A DNA stretch of 63,570 nt, filler included, from Platydemus manokwari (lineage: Eukaryota), in NCBI GenBank assembly GCA_037951405.1. It is 5 parts of 5 records of this genome, joined end to end, with 100 filler letters (N's around TTAATTAATTAA, not from the genome) between each part and the next. Parts side by side here need not be neighbours in the genome. Positions count along the whole stretch, not along the records: positions 53,987 to 63,570 come from JBBMOY011229321.1; 4 more parts are not named here. One strand, written 5' to 3'. The position numbers were made by a program, and so were the translations under genes. Shown here piece after piece: positions 61,974 through 63,570 of the stretch (position 1 is its first letter; each line of letters opens with the position of its first letter). The notes beneath the pieces were generated by a model, which saw only the letters and a list, made by a program, of their open reading frames with translations, was not told the origin of the DNA and ran no database searches.

Positions 61974-63570
61974 GTGATTTTTTATGAAATAATGTAGCCA
62001 AAGAAATTTTAATTACTTCCTTAAAAATTTTGTTTTATGAAGTTTATTGAGTTTTATGGAATTTTAAATAATTTTAATTAATCGTAATTTTAAAATGATA
62101 ACATTTAAAATTGATGTTTTCTTAATAATATATTATCAAACAATATTATTCTACAAGGATTTTAGTGGTTGTAATTTATTTGAACTTGAAATGCTAATTA
62201 AATTAAAAATAACTCGCGTTATGCGAACAATTTCGCGTTTATTATATAATATTTTTTTTAAATATCGAACATAAGGCGAGGTACTTTCTATTGGCTTATA
62301 AATTAATAAAGAAATTTTTTTATGTATTTTTTTAGTTTAGCTTTTTGAGCGAACAATTCGCATTTTGATAAAAGTTTAAATGTCGAGCCAAATTAAGGAT
62401 TATTAATAGATTTAATGAAATGATAAATATTAAATTGAACTGGTTATGAAATAAGATGTGGTCTGTTACGAATAATTCGCGCTTTTCAAAAATATAAAAA
62501 TTAAATGCAACCCAATTGAAGATATAATGGAATTATTATTTATTACAAGAGATATCTCGCAATTAATTCTTTAAAAATTCAAATTCTTTTGATTATTGAT
62601 TGTTTGATGGGTGTGCGTGTGTCTATCTATGTCTATTTAATTTCAGTCATCTGACCAAAGTTTTACAGTATAAATATTTTATAAGACAAGAAGTGGCCGG
62701 CATTTTTGATAATTTTTAAAACAGAAAAATCAATAGCAAGTCAATTCCTTTTTTAATTGAGAGATTTTAATCAACTAGAAGTGTTAACGATATTAATCAC
62801 GACATTAAAGTTATTGCAGTTGCTAATGCAGTGAATGAAATAAGTGATAACATCTCCGTACTGAGGGAATTTAAGAATTTTAATATTTTAAAATTTCGAG
62901 TTATTGAAGAGCGAATTCGTCTTTCAACTAATGAAAATATCGTACATTTTGAAAATAAAAATTGAAGGGGGGCTTTGTAAAATAAGGCTAGGGGAATTCA
63001 TATGGAAACATATGTGTAAATCTATCCCATAGAACGAACACGCCAATTTTTGTAGTTGTAAGAAATTAAAATCTGAAATTAAGAAATCTGTTGTAGTAGA
63101 CTTCATTAATAAATAAAATATGGGATTATATATGGAACATTTCACGATTATTGGAAATATTTGAATATATACGAATATCTCGCGAGATGCGAACAATTTG
63201 CACACTGCAGACAACAAATAGATAGACTTTACAAAAATAATGCGGGTGTATTGTAGAAACAGACATAAATAAAACCGAGCAGAGATTAAAAGTAAAGATA
63301 TAAATATAGGATTATAATATCATGTTAAAGTGTCTTTTATCAAATTTTTATATATTTTCAACTCTCTCAGAAATTATGATTAAAATACTTGATTTATATT
63401 TTCTTTCACAGTCAATAATCTGATGAAAGCAATCAAATGTTTGAAATACAAATTCAAAATGAATGTTGATAAAAAAGTAAAATAATCGATCATATATGAG
63501 CCCTTGATTATGAAAGTGGTATAAGTCATTTCAAACTTTCAAAACCAAATTTCCATTTAAAAATGGTAAT

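Overview
AT-rich eukaryotic (animal) genomic DNA in five contigs joined by artificial 100-nt spacers (44 N + TTAATTAATTAA + 44 N). Many 40-56 nt GT-AG introns plus the gene content suggest a compact invertebrate, plausibly a free-living flatworm (inference only). Recognisable genes: a spliced F-type lectin + PAN/apple gene with an inverted broken copy, the 5' half of ABCF2, a 7-exon TASOR/TEX15-family (DUF3715 pseudo-PARP) gene, a CoREST-like ELM2-SANT gene, an alpha-carbonic anhydrase lacking one zinc-ligand His, two intronless PH-SH2 (SH3BP2-like) paralogs, the last exon of FAM221B and the 5' exons of UBE3B. The rest is largely decayed Gypsy, NeSL/R5-type non-LTR and Polinton material. Best candidate for an undescribed system: contig 2 (15855-27589) holds at least five co-oriented minus-strand 7SL(SRP)-like RNA genes. 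The four complete copies share a near-invariant Alu domain, a closing helix with a compensatory base-pair change, a T-run terminator and an indel-free 74-bp upstream promoter, but have very different middles with no canonical SRP54-binding helix 8. All calls were made by eye; no database search was run.
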